Part shown: one piece after another, positions 55,481-64,000 of the stretch
Numbering within the stretch: position 1 is the first letter of the stretch
Layout of the letters: each line of letters opens with the position of its first letter
NCBI RefSeq assembly: GCF_017348835.2
Contig: NZ_CP071375.1
Strand: one strand, 5' to 3'
DNA from: Escherichia coli
GTDB lineage: Bacteria; Pseudomonadota; Gammaproteobacteria; Enterobacterales; Enterobacteriaceae
DNA length: 64,000 nt
Notes under the pieces: generated by a model
Told to the model about the DNA's origin: nothing
The model's input: only the letters and a program-made list of their open reading frames with translations
Databases searched by the model: none
Position numbers and translations under genes: made by a program

Positions 55481-56785
55481 ATGAAATTTCCCGGTAAACG
55501 TAAATCCAAACATTACTTCCCCGTAAATGCACGCGATCCGCTGCTTCAGCAATTCCAGCCAGAAAACGAAACCAGCGCCGCCTGGGTAGTGGGTATCGAT
55601 CAAACGCTGGTCGATATTGAAGCGAAAGTGGATGATGAATTCATTGAGCGTTATGGATTAAGCGCCGGGCATTCACTGGTGATTGAGGATGACGTAGCCG
55701 AAGCGCTTTATCAGGAACTAAAACAGAAAAACCTGATTACCCATCAGTTTGCGGGTGGCACCATTGGTAACACCATGCACAACTACTCGGTGCTCGCGGA
55801 CGACCGTTCGGTGCTGCTGGGCGTCATGTGCAGCAATATTGAAATTGGCAGCTATGCCTATCGTTACCTGTGTAACACCTCCAGCCGTACCGATCTTAAC
55901 TATCTACAAGGCGTGGATGGCCCGATTGGTCGTTGCTTTACGCTGATTGGCGAGTCCGGGGAACGTACCTTTGCTATCAGCCCTGGCCACATGAACCAGC
56001 TGCGGGCTGAAAGTATTCCGGAAGATGTGATTGCCGGAGCCTCGGCTCTGGTTCTCACCTCTTATCTGGTGCGTTGCAAGCCGGGTGAACCCATGCCGGA
56101 AGCAACCATGAAAGCCATTGAGTACGCGAAGAAATATAACGTACCGGTGGTGCTGACGCTGGGCACCAAGTTTGTCATTGCAGAGAATCCGCAGTGGTGG
56201 CAGCAATTCCTCAAAGACCACGTTTCTATCCTTGCGATGAACGAAGATGAAGCCGAAGCGTTGACCGGAGAAAGCGATCCATTGTTGGCATCTGACAAGG
56301 CGCTGGACTGGGTAGATCTGGTGCTGTGCACCGCCGGGCCAATCGGCTTGTATATGGCGGGCTTTACCGAAGACGAAGCGAAACGTAAAACCCAGCATCC
56401 GCTGCTGCCGGGCGCTATAGCGGAATTCAACCAGTATGAGTTTAGCCGCGCCATGCGCCACAAGGATTGCCAGAATCCGCTGCGTGTCTATTCGCACATT
56501 GCGCCGTACATGGGCGGGCCGGAAAAAATCATGAACACCAACGGAGCAGGGGATGGCGCACTGGCAGCGTTGCTGCATGACATTACCGCCAACAGCTACC
56601 ACCGTAGCAACGTACCAAACTCCAGCAAACATAAATTCACCTGGTTAACTTATTCATCGTTAGCGCAGGTGTGTAAATATGCTAACCGTGTGAGCTATCA
56701 GGTACTGAACCAGCATTCACCTCGTTTAACGCGCGGCTTGCCGGAGCGTGAAGACAGTCTGGAAGAGTCTTACTGGGATCGTTAA
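55481..56785 (+). CDS. gsk: Inosine-guanosine kinase Gsk, 434 aa
   Basis: ORF-track full length; MKFPGKRKSKHYFPVNARDPLLQQF; PfkB-type C-terminal motif. Confidence 0.95.
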   Translation: MKFPGKRKSKHYFPVNARDPLLQQFQPENETSAAWVVGIDQTLVDIEAKVDDEFIERYGLSAGHSLVIEDDVAEALYQELKQKNLITHQFAGGTIGNTMHNYSVLADDRSVLLGVMCSNIEIGSYAYRYLCNTSSRTDLNYLQGVDGPIGRCFTLIGESGERTFAISPGHMNQLRAESIPEDVIAGASALVLTSYLVRCKPGEPMPEATMKAIEYAKKYNVPVVLTLGTKFVIAENPQWWQQFLKDHVSILAMNEDEAEALTGESDPLLASDKALDWVDLVLCTAGPIGLYMAGFTEDEAKRKTQHPLLPGAIAEFNQYEFSRAMRHKDCQNPLRVYSHIAPYMGGPEKIMNTNGAGDGALAALLHDITANSYHRSNVPNSSKHKFTWLTYSSLAQVCKYANRVSYQVLNQHSPRLTRGLPEREDSLEESYWDR

Positions 56786-56794
56786 GTTATCGTC

Positions 56795-56890
56795 GGTTCG
56801 TAGGCCAGATAAGGCGTTCACGCCGCATCTGGCATTTGGCATCTCGATGCCTGATGCGACGCTGGCGCGTCTTATCATGCCTACATATTT
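56795..56890. repeat. REP/BIME: two inverted REP units after gsk
   Basis: GTAGGCCAGATAAGGCGTTCACGCCGCATCTGGCA and GATGCCTGATGCGACGCTGGCGCGTCTTATCATGCCTAC. Confidence 0.8.
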
Positions 56891-56918
56891 TTCATATTTT
56901 ACATCCGGCAACCACCGT

Positions 56919-58595
56919 TTACCCCGTCACCACCTCACCCGCCGGTGGCGTTTCCAGCAGTTCCAGCATAGTACGGGCAATTTCACGCTCACCCATCACT
57001 ACCTGATTCGCGCCACGTTCGGTGATATACGCCACTTCATCGTCGTAATGGGCGCGGGCGATAATCTCAATATCCGGGTTTTTCGCGCGGGCAGACGCCA
57101 CAATCTCGCCTGCTTCATAACCGTTGGGAATCGTCAGGATCAGCCATTTTGCACATTCCAGATGCGCCAGTTGCATAATTTCTTCGTTCGCCGCATTGCC
57201 CAATACAGCGCGGACCCCACGCTCTCGCAGCTCATCAACACGGGTTCGTGACGTCTCAATCACCACCAGCGGAATATCAGAGGCGAGCAATTTCTCCCCC
57301 AGCAGGCTGCCTACACGACCGTAACCAACCAGTAGCGCATGGTTGCAAATATCCACTGGGATCTGCTTCTCTTCTTCGATTGCCTCTTCCAGCGTCTGCT
57401 CTTCCAGCGTTTCGGTCTTCGCCAGATATTTCTCCAGCAGCGCAAACAGGACCGGGTTGAGCATAATCGACAAAATCGCACCTGCCAGTACCAGGTTCTG
57501 CCCGGCTTGCGGCAACAGATCCAGCGCCATGCCCAGTCCCGCCAGGATAAACGCGAACTCACCAATTTGCGCCAGGCTGGCGGCGATAGTTAATGCCGTA
57601 CGTTGGGAGTGACCAAACAGTCGCACCAGGAAAAACGCGGCTAACGATTTACCAAACAGAATAATCGCCAGCGTCGCCAGCACTGCCAGCGGTTGCTGAA
57701 TCAGAATTAACGGATCAAACAACATCCCGACGGAGACAAAAAACAGCACCGCAAACGCGTCGCGCAATGGCAGCGTATCGTGGGCGGCACGGTGACTCAG
57801 TTCAGACTCGTTCAGTACCATCCCGGCAAAGAACGCACCGAGTGCAAAGGAGACATCAAACAGCTCCACCGCACCAAAGGCAATCCCTAACGCCAGCGCC
57901 AGCACCGACAGGGTAAACAGCTCGCGAGAACCGGTTGCCGCGCTGCGTGCCATAATCCACGGCACCAGACGGCGACCTACCAGCATCATAATGGCGATAA
58001 ACGCGATCACTTTGCCGATGGTGATCCCCATATCGACTGCAAGAGTGGCAAAGCCCACATCGCCCTGTTCCATCATTCCTGCCACTGCGGGCAGCAACAC
58101 CAGCGTCAGAACCATTACCAGGTCTTCCACAATCAACCAACCGATGGCGATTTGCCCACGTTGACTATCAATTAATTGCCGTTCTTCAAGTGCGCGCAGT
58201 AACACCACGGTACTGGCGGTGGAAAGACATAAGCCGAACACGATACCGGTCATTAACGACCAGCCCAGCACGGCAGAGAGCGCCATACCCAGCAGCGTCG
58301 CCACGGCTATCTGGGCGATCGCGCCGGGAATGGCGATGGCCTTTACCGCCATCAAATCCTTCAGCGAAAAGTGCAGACCCACGCCAAACATCAACAGAAT
58401 GACGCCCAGTTCAGCCAGTTCCGGCGCAAGCTTGGTATCGGCAACAAAGCCCGGAGTGAATGGTCCTGCCAGCACACCCGCTAACAGATATCCCACCAGA
58501 GGAGAAATACGTAGTTTATTGGCCAGCATGCCGAGGATAAAGGCGAGCACAAGGCCGCCAACAATGGTGGTGATAAGCGGGGTGGCGTGATGCAT
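56919..58595 (-). CDS. ybaL: CPA2-family monovalent cation:proton antiporter with C-terminal RCK/TrkA-N domain YbaL, 558 aa
   Basis: ORF-track full length; multi-TM N-terminus; Rossmann-like GYGRVG in C-terminal domain. Confidence 0.93.
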   Translation of the reverse strand: MHHATPLITTIVGGLVLAFILGMLANKLRISPLVGYLLAGVLAGPFTPGFVADTKLAPELAELGVILLMFGVGLHFSLKDLMAVKAIAIPGAIAQIAVATLLGMALSAVLGWSLMTGIVFGLCLSTASTVVLLRALEERQLIDSQRGQIAIGWLIVEDLVMVLTLVLLPAVAGMMEQGDVGFATLAVDMGITIGKVIAFIAIMMLVGRRLVPWIMARSAATGSRELFTLSVLALALGIAFGAVELFDVSFALGAFFAGMVLNESELSHRAAHDTLPLRDAFAVLFFVSVGMLFDPLILIQQPLAVLATLAIILFGKSLAAFFLVRLFGHSQRTALTIAASLAQIGEFAFILAGLGMALDLLPQAGQNLVLAGAILSIMLNPVLFALLEKYLAKTETLEEQTLEEAIEEEKQIPVDICNHALLVGYGRVGSLLGEKLLASDIPLVVIETSRTRVDELRERGVRAVLGNAANEEIMQLAHLECAKWLILTIPNGYEAGEIVASARAKNPDIEIIARAHYDDEVAYITERGANQVVMGEREIARTMLELLETPPAGEVVTG

Positions 58596-58800
58596 TCCGT
58601 CTCCTTTTCCTGGTGGTTATTGTCCATTTTTGGCCGGGAAAACCAAAATTACAGGTAATAGTTTATGACAATTTCATTGATGATGTTCATGAATAATTAT
58701 TGAATTTTGCAGAAAAATGGAATTAGCTGCAAAAAAAGCACGGATCGGAAAACAGAAGGCGGTTTAACAGAGGAAAGGCTTATGGCGACTGTAAAACGAT

Positions 58801-58825
58801 GCAGCCAAAGTTTGCCTTTGGCTGC
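58801..58825 (-). terminator. fsr terminator-like hairpin (perfect 10-bp stem GCAGCCAAAG-TTTGC-CTTTGGCTGC)
   Basis: Perfect inverted repeat immediately downstream of fsr stop; weak U-tract on minus strand. Confidence 0.5.
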
Positions 58826-58832
58826 AATGAAA

Positions 58833-60053
58833 TCAGTCTTTATGCCGGTTATCAGGCAGGAATATGGTCAACATCCCCAATAGTGGCAGGAAAGCACAGA
58901 TTTTATAGACTAACTCGATGCTGGTGTGATCGGCGATAAGCCCCAGAACTGCCGCTCCCAGACCTCCCATGCCGAAAGCAAAACCGAAAAAGAGTCCAGA
59001 AACCATACCGATACGTCCCGGAAGCAGCTCCTGAGCGTAGACCAGAATGGCAGAGAATGCCGAAGCGAGGATAAATCCAATAATCACCGTTAAAACCCCC
59101 GTCCAGTGCAGGCTGGCGTAGGGTAAAATCAGCGTAAACGGCGCAACGCCGAGGATAGAGCCCCAAATCACATATTTCCGCCCAATTTTATCCCCTACAG
59201 GCCCGCCGATCACCGTACCTGCCGCAACGGCAAACAGGAAGGCAAACAGATGAAGCTGAGCATTCTGGATAGATAATCCGAATTTTTGCATCAGATAAAA
59301 GGTGTAATAGCTGCTGATGCTCGCCATATAGAAATATTTCGAGAAAATGAGGATTAACAGAATGCTGACCGCCAGTACCACTTTGTTGCGCGGCAGTGGA
59401 TTGATAATCGTCGCTTTGGGTTTTCCTTTATTCATTCGGTGCTGTGCCGAGTACCAACGGCTGATTTGCGCCAACACCACGATCGCCAGCAGTGCCGCAA
59501 GCACAAACCAGGCAACGTTGCCTTTGCCATAAGGCGCGATAATCACCGCCGCCAGCAAGGGTCCCAGGGAACTGCCAAAGTTGCCGCCGACCTGAAAGAT
59601 AGATTGCGCCAGGCCATGCCGCCCGCCGGAAGCCATACGGGCTACGCGAGAAGATTCCGGATGAAAGACCGATGAACCGGTACCGACCAGCGCCGCCGCC
59701 AGCAGAACTGCGCCAAAACTGCCCGCCAGCGCAAGCAGCACCAGACCACTTAAGGTAAAGCACATGCCAATTGGCAACGACCACGGCATCGGATATTTAT
59801 CGGTCCAGTAGCCGACCACTGGTTGCAGTAGCGAAGAGGCGAGCTGGAAGGTGAGGGTTATCATGCCAATCTGCATAAATGTCAGAGAAAATTCTGACTG
59901 AAGCAGCGGATAAATCGCCAGAATCAGCGATTGGATCATGTCGTTCAGCAGATGTGAGAGGCTGATAGCACCTAAAATACCAAACGATGTTCGGGCCTTG
60001 GTCGTTGACGCAGCCGCGCCCGCCACAGGCTGGGTTTGTTCACTCATTGCCAT
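58833..60053 (-). CDS. fsr: Fosmidomycin resistance MFS transporter Fsr, 406 aa
   Basis: ORF-track full length; MAMSEQTQPVAGAAASTTKARTSFGILG. Confidence 0.94.
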   Translation of the reverse strand: MAMSEQTQPVAGAAASTTKARTSFGILGAISLSHLLNDMIQSLILAIYPLLQSEFSLTFMQIGMITLTFQLASSLLQPVVGYWTDKYPMPWSLPIGMCFTLSGLVLLALAGSFGAVLLAAALVGTGSSVFHPESSRVARMASGGRHGLAQSIFQVGGNFGSSLGPLLAAVIIAPYGKGNVAWFVLAALLAIVVLAQISRWYSAQHRMNKGKPKATIINPLPRNKVVLAVSILLILIFSKYFYMASISSYYTFYLMQKFGLSIQNAQLHLFAFLFAVAAGTVIGGPVGDKIGRKYVIWGSILGVAPFTLILPYASLHWTGVLTVIIGFILASAFSAILVYAQELLPGRIGMVSGLFFGFAFGMGGLGAAVLGLIADHTSIELVYKICAFLPLLGMLTIFLPDNRHKD

Positions 60054-60270
60054 AGGAAAGTCACTTTTTCAGGGTTGCGATGTAAAGAATGATCTTATTT
60101 GTGATTATTACCCGACTAACATACCTGTATGCGTCGCCTGAAGGAAGTCTCAACGCTGAATACAGAATTTCTAATCTGGATGCAGATTTATCTTCACCGG
60201 ACGCAGACTTGTCTATGATGTCGCGTCATACTATTTTTCAACACGTTGAAATCAGGTCAGGGAGAGAAGT

Positions 60271-61923
60271 ATGAAATTATTGCAGCGGGGCGTGGCGTTA
60301 GCACTGTTAACCACATTTACACTGGCGAGTGAAGCTGCTCTGGCGTATGAGCAGGATAAAACCTACAAAATTACAGTTCTGCATACCAATGATCATCATG
60401 GGCATTTTTGGCGCAATGAATATGGCGAATATGGTCTGGCGGCGCAAAAAACGCTGGTGGATGGTATCCGCAAAGAGGTTGCGGCTGAAGGCGGTAGCGT
60501 GCTGCTACTTTCCGGTGGCGACATTAACACTGGCGTGCCCGAGTCTGACTTACAGGATGCCGAACCTGATTTTCGCGGTATGAATCTGGTGGGCTATGAC
60601 GCGATGGCGATCGGTAATCATGAATTTGATAATCCGCTCACCGTATTACGCCAGCAGGAAAAGTGGGCCAAGTTCCCGTTGCTTTCCGCGAATATCTACC
60701 AGAAAAGTACCGGCGAGCGCCTGTTTAAACCATGGGCGCTATTTAAGCGTCAGGATCTGAAAATTGCCGTTATTGGCCTGACGACGGATGACACAGCGAA
60801 GTTAGGCAACCCAGAAAACTTCACCGATATTGAGTTCCGTAAGCCCGCTGATGAAGCGAAGCTAGTGATTCAGGAGCTGCAACAGACAGAAAAGCCAGAC
60901 ATTATTATCGCGGCGACCCATATGGGGCATTACGACAATGGTGAGCACGGCTCTAACGCACCGGGCGATGTGGAGATGGCGCGCGCGCTGCCTGCCGGAT
61001 CGCTGGCGATGATCGTCGGTGGTCACTCGCAAGATCCGGTCTGCATGGCGGCAGAAAACAAAAAACAGGTCGATTACGTGCCGGGTACGCCATGCAAACC
61101 GGATCAACAAAACGGCATCTGGATTGTGCAGGCGCATGAGTGGGGCAAATACGTGGGACGGGCTGATTTTGAGTTTCGTAATGGCGAAATGAAAATGGTT
61201 AACTATCAGCTGATTCCGGTGAACCTGAAGAAGAAAGTGACCTGGGAAGACGGGAAAAGCGAGCGCGTGCTGTACACCCCTGAAATCGCTGAAAACCAGC
61301 AAATGATCTCGCTGTTATCGCCGTTCCAGAACAAAGGCAAAGCGCAGCTGGAAGTGAAAATAGGCGAAACCAATGGTCGTCTGGAAGGCGATCGTGACAA
61401 AGTGCGTTTTGTACAGACCAATATGGGGCGGTTAATTCTGGCAGCACAAATGGATCGCACTGGTGCCGACTTTGCGGTGATGAGCGGAGGCGGAATTCGT
61501 GATTCTATCGAAGCAGGCGATATCAGCTATAAAAACGTGCTGAAAGTGCAGCCATTCGGCAATGTGGTGGTGTATGCCGACATGACCGGTAAAGAGGTGA
61601 TTGATTACCTGACCGCCGTCGCGCAGATGAAGCCAGATTCAGGTGCCTACCCGCAATTTGCCAACGTTAGCTTTGTGGCGAAAGACGGCAAACTGAACGA
61701 CCTTAAAATCAAAGGCGAACCGGTCGATCCAGCGAAAACTTACCGTATGGCGACATTAAACTTCAATGCCACCGGCGGTGATGGCTATCCGCGCCTTGAT
61801 AACAAACCGGGCTATGTGAATACCGGCTTTATTGATGCCGAAGTGCTGAAAGCGTATATCCAGAAAAGCTCGCCGCTGGATGTGAGTGTTTATGAACCGA
61901 AAGGTGAGGTGAGCTGGCAGTAA
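60271..61923 (+). CDS. ushA: Periplasmic UDP-sugar hydrolase / 5'-nucleotidase UshA, 550 aa
   Basis: ORF-track full length; signal peptide; metallophosphoesterase motifs (HTNDHHG, GGDINTG, GNHEFD). Confidence 0.96.
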   Translation: MKLLQRGVALALLTTFTLASEAALAYEQDKTYKITVLHTNDHHGHFWRNEYGEYGLAAQKTLVDGIRKEVAAEGGSVLLLSGGDINTGVPESDLQDAEPDFRGMNLVGYDAMAIGNHEFDNPLTVLRQQEKWAKFPLLSANIYQKSTGERLFKPWALFKRQDLKIAVIGLTTDDTAKLGNPENFTDIEFRKPADEAKLVIQELQQTEKPDIIIAATHMGHYDNGEHGSNAPGDVEMARALPAGSLAMIVGGHSQDPVCMAAENKKQVDYVPGTPCKPDQQNGIWIVQAHEWGKYVGRADFEFRNGEMKMVNYQLIPVNLKKKVTWEDGKSERVLYTPEIAENQQMISLLSPFQNKGKAQLEVKIGETNGRLEGDRDKVRFVQTNMGRLILAAQMDRTGADFAVMSGGGIRDSIEAGDISYKNVLKVQPFGNVVVYADMTGKEVIDYLTAVAQMKPDSGAYPQFANVSFVAKDGKLNDLKIKGEPVDPAKTYRMATLNFNATGGDGYPRLDNKPGYVNTGFIDAEVLKAYIQKSSPLDVSVYEPKGEVSWQ

Positions 61924-61930
61924 TCCGAAA

Positions 61931-61954
61931 GTGCCGGATATTTGCATCCGGCAC
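61931..61954. terminator. Hairpin between convergent ushA and ybaK (GTGCCGGAT-ATTTGC-ATCCGGCAC)
   Basis: Perfect 9-bp stem between the two stop codons; flanking U-tracts weak. Confidence 0.5.
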
Positions 61955-61959
61955 AATGC

Positions 61960-62454
<495 letters not shown>

Positions 62455-62525
62455 TTAAACAAAAAAACGAAGCAAGCATACGCCTGATGGCGGTCCAAAA
62501 AAAAGAGTCATCTTGCCTAAGAGTA

Positions 62526-62558
62526 TTGGCAGGATGGTGAGATTGAGCGACAATCGAG
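62526..62558 (+). promoter_or_regulatory. Putative sigma-70 promoter of chiX: -35 TTGGCA, 17-bp spacer, -10 GACAAT
   Basis: Hexamers read directly upstream of the ChiX 5' end; transcription start site not verified. Confidence 0.45.
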
Positions 62559-62560
62559 TT

Positions 62561-62644
62561 ACACCGTCGCTTAAAGTGACGGCATAATAATAAAAAAATG
62601 AAATTCCTCTTTGACGGGCCAATAGCGATATTGGCCATTTTTTT
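62561..62644 (+). ncRNA. chiX: ChiX (MicM/SroB) Hfq-dependent small RNA, about 84 nt, with terminator hairpin GGCCAATAGCGATATTGGCC plus U7
   Basis: Sequence ACACCGTCGCTTAAAGTGACGGCATAATAATAAAAAAATGAAATTCCTCTTTGACGGGCCAATAGCGATATTGGCCATTTTTTT matches remembered ChiX including seed CUCUUUGACGGG; coordinates frame-checked. Confidence 0.9.
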
Positions 62645-63437
62645 AGCGCAACATTTGCGGTAAATTCCCTTCTCCATACAGGTGTAGTGCACCGACCGCG
62701 ACCACATATCGCCCCGGCGGCATGGCGCGTAATTTATCCCGCCAGGCGAGATTTCGCTGATGCATCAGCACATCGTACAGCGACTGACTGAACGTATTGG
62801 GCAGCGTTATTTCATTATTTTGCGGCGGCGCATTCAGCCACCAGCTCATCATTTGTTGCAGCAACCGTGCGTTGGTATGCCAGTGGGTCAGCGTATCGTC
62901 CAGCAGTGCCAGTCCTTTGTCAGGGAGCTGGAGCAACATGGTAATCTGGTTTTCAGCCCCTTCCAGTTCAATCACGGGTTTATGTTGTTGCTTCGCCGCC
63001 TGCAATAACTGGTAATCGATACCGTATTCTGCCCGCAGCCCCAGTTTTTGTGCCTGCGTCGCCTGAAGAACCATCGCGATTTGCCACAGCGGTTGGGTAG
63101 AAAAGAGTGACGGAGAAATGCCCATCACCTGGCTAATGTGCTGCAGATTTTGTAATTGCTCCTCGCTAATGCGCTCTTCCAGCGCCTCACAGGCAGGCAA
63201 ATTAGCAAAAGGCGTATCGCTGGTGGAAACATCCGCCTCGACGATCAGCGCATCGGCGTTTTTGAGCTTTTTGAGCAAACGGGTGGGCAGGGGAGCCATA
63301 TCGTGGCTACCCATATGAATACTGCCGAGCAGATGAAAATGGCGATTGCCGGGGAGGGTGATATCAATGGCAGGCCAGGTGTAATGATTACCGCGCAGCG
63401 CGGCCCAAAGCGTTTTTACCCGGTACAACAGATCCAT
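62643..63437 (-). CDS. ybaP: TraB/GumN (Tiki-like) family protein YbaP, 264 aa; function unknown
   Basis: ORF-track full length; GxxH-type motif HLLGSIHMGSHDM typical of the family. Confidence 0.9.
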   Translation of the reverse strand: MDLLYRVKTLWAALRGNHYTWPAIDITLPGNRHFHLLGSIHMGSHDMAPLPTRLLKKLKNADALIVEADVSTSDTPFANLPACEALEERISEEQLQNLQHISQVMGISPSLFSTQPLWQIAMVLQATQAQKLGLRAEYGIDYQLLQAAKQQHKPVIELEGAENQITMLLQLPDKGLALLDDTLTHWHTNARLLQQMMSWWLNAPPQNNEITLPNTFSQSLYDVLMHQRNLAWRDKLRAMPPGRYVVAVGALHLYGEGNLPQMLR

Positions 63438-63574
63438 ACGACCTCCCTTTGTGAAATATCATGCTAGCGCGCGGGGAGGGATGGCGCAAATGGAGTTGGG
63501 GACTTGTTTAATGTGTTTGTATGATTCAGTATGTTCTTGTATCGCTATTCACAGGGAAGCAACAGTTAAAAACT

Positions 63575-63916
63575 ATGAAACAGGCAACAAGAAAACCGAC
63601 GACACCCGGAGATATTCTTCTCTATGAATATCTGGAACCGCTCGCTTTGAAAATCAATGAGTTAGCAGAGTTGCTGCATGTTCATCGTAATAGCGTCAGT
63701 ACACTGATCAATAATAATCGTAAACTCACCACTGAGATGGCATTCCGTCTGGCGAAAGTTTTTGATACCACAGTCGATTTTTGGCTAAACCTCCAGGCGG
63801 CAGTTGATCTTTGGGAAGTTGAAAACAACATGCGCACCCAGGAAGAATTGGGACGGATTGAAACAGTGGCTGAATATTTGGCACGCCGTGAAGAGCGTGC
63901 AAAAAAGGTCGCGTAA
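63575..63916 (+). CDS. ybaQ: XRE/HigA-like helix-turn-helix protein YbaQ, 113 aa (in-frame upstream ATG at 63521 would give 131 aa)
   Basis: ORF-track 63521..63916; start at MKQATRKPTTPGDILLYEYLEPLALKINELAELLHVHRNSVSTLINNNRKLTTEMAFRLAKVF (HTH). Confidence 0.85.
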   Translation: MKQATRKPTTPGDILLYEYLEPLALKINELAELLHVHRNSVSTLINNNRKLTTEMAFRLAKVFDTTVDFWLNLQAAVDLWEVENNMRTQEELGRIETVAEYLARREERAKKVA

Positions 63917-63934
63917 GGCCAAAACATCGCTTCA

Positions 63935-64000
63935 TCTCGTAGGCCGGATAAGGCGTTCACGCCGCATCCGGCATCCGAGTACCATTGCCTGATGCGACGC
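63935..64000. repeat. REP elements after ybaQ (second unit truncated by window end)
   Basis: GTAGGCCGGATAAGGCGTTCACGCCGCATCCGGCA and partial GCCTGATGCGACGC. Confidence 0.75.

Overview
This window reads as a conserved Escherichia coli-type core chromosome segment; I did not find a novel or accessory system in it. Gene order, protein N-termini and protein lengths match, from memory, the K-12 yajQ-to-ybaQ interval (not verified by alignment). It contains 57 protein-coding genes, all apparently intact: yajQ, yajR, cyoABCDE, ampG-yajG, bolA, tig, clpP-clpX, lon, hupB, ppiD, ybaV, fadM, queC, ybaE, cof, decR(ybaO), mdlAB, glnK-amtB, tesB, ybaY, atl, ybaA, pdeB(ylaB), ylaC, maa, hha-tomB, acrAB/acrR, mscK, ybaM, priC, ybaN, apt, dnaX, ybaB, recR, htpG, adk, hemH, aes, gsk, ybaL, fsr, ushA, ybaK, ybaP, ybaQ. 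Two small RNAs are present: ffs (4.5S SRP RNA) and ChiX. Other recognisable features are the dnaX programmed -1 frameshift site, sigma-32 promoters at clpP, lon and htpG, a sigma-54 promoter at glnK, the AcrR operator palindrome, intrinsic terminators and five REP/BIME intergenic repeat sites. I saw no IS element, integrase, CRISPR array, prophage or tRNA gene. The most interesting leads are small: a perfect 18-bp inverted repeat upstream of yajQ, a consensus-like CRP site upstream of maa, the 545-bp AT-rich region upstream of tomB-hha, and the poorly characterised ybaP/ybaQ, ybaE and ybaV genes. CDS coordinates come from the ORF-track frames; coordinates of non-coding features were read by eye and may be off by 1-2 nt unless stated as frame-checked.
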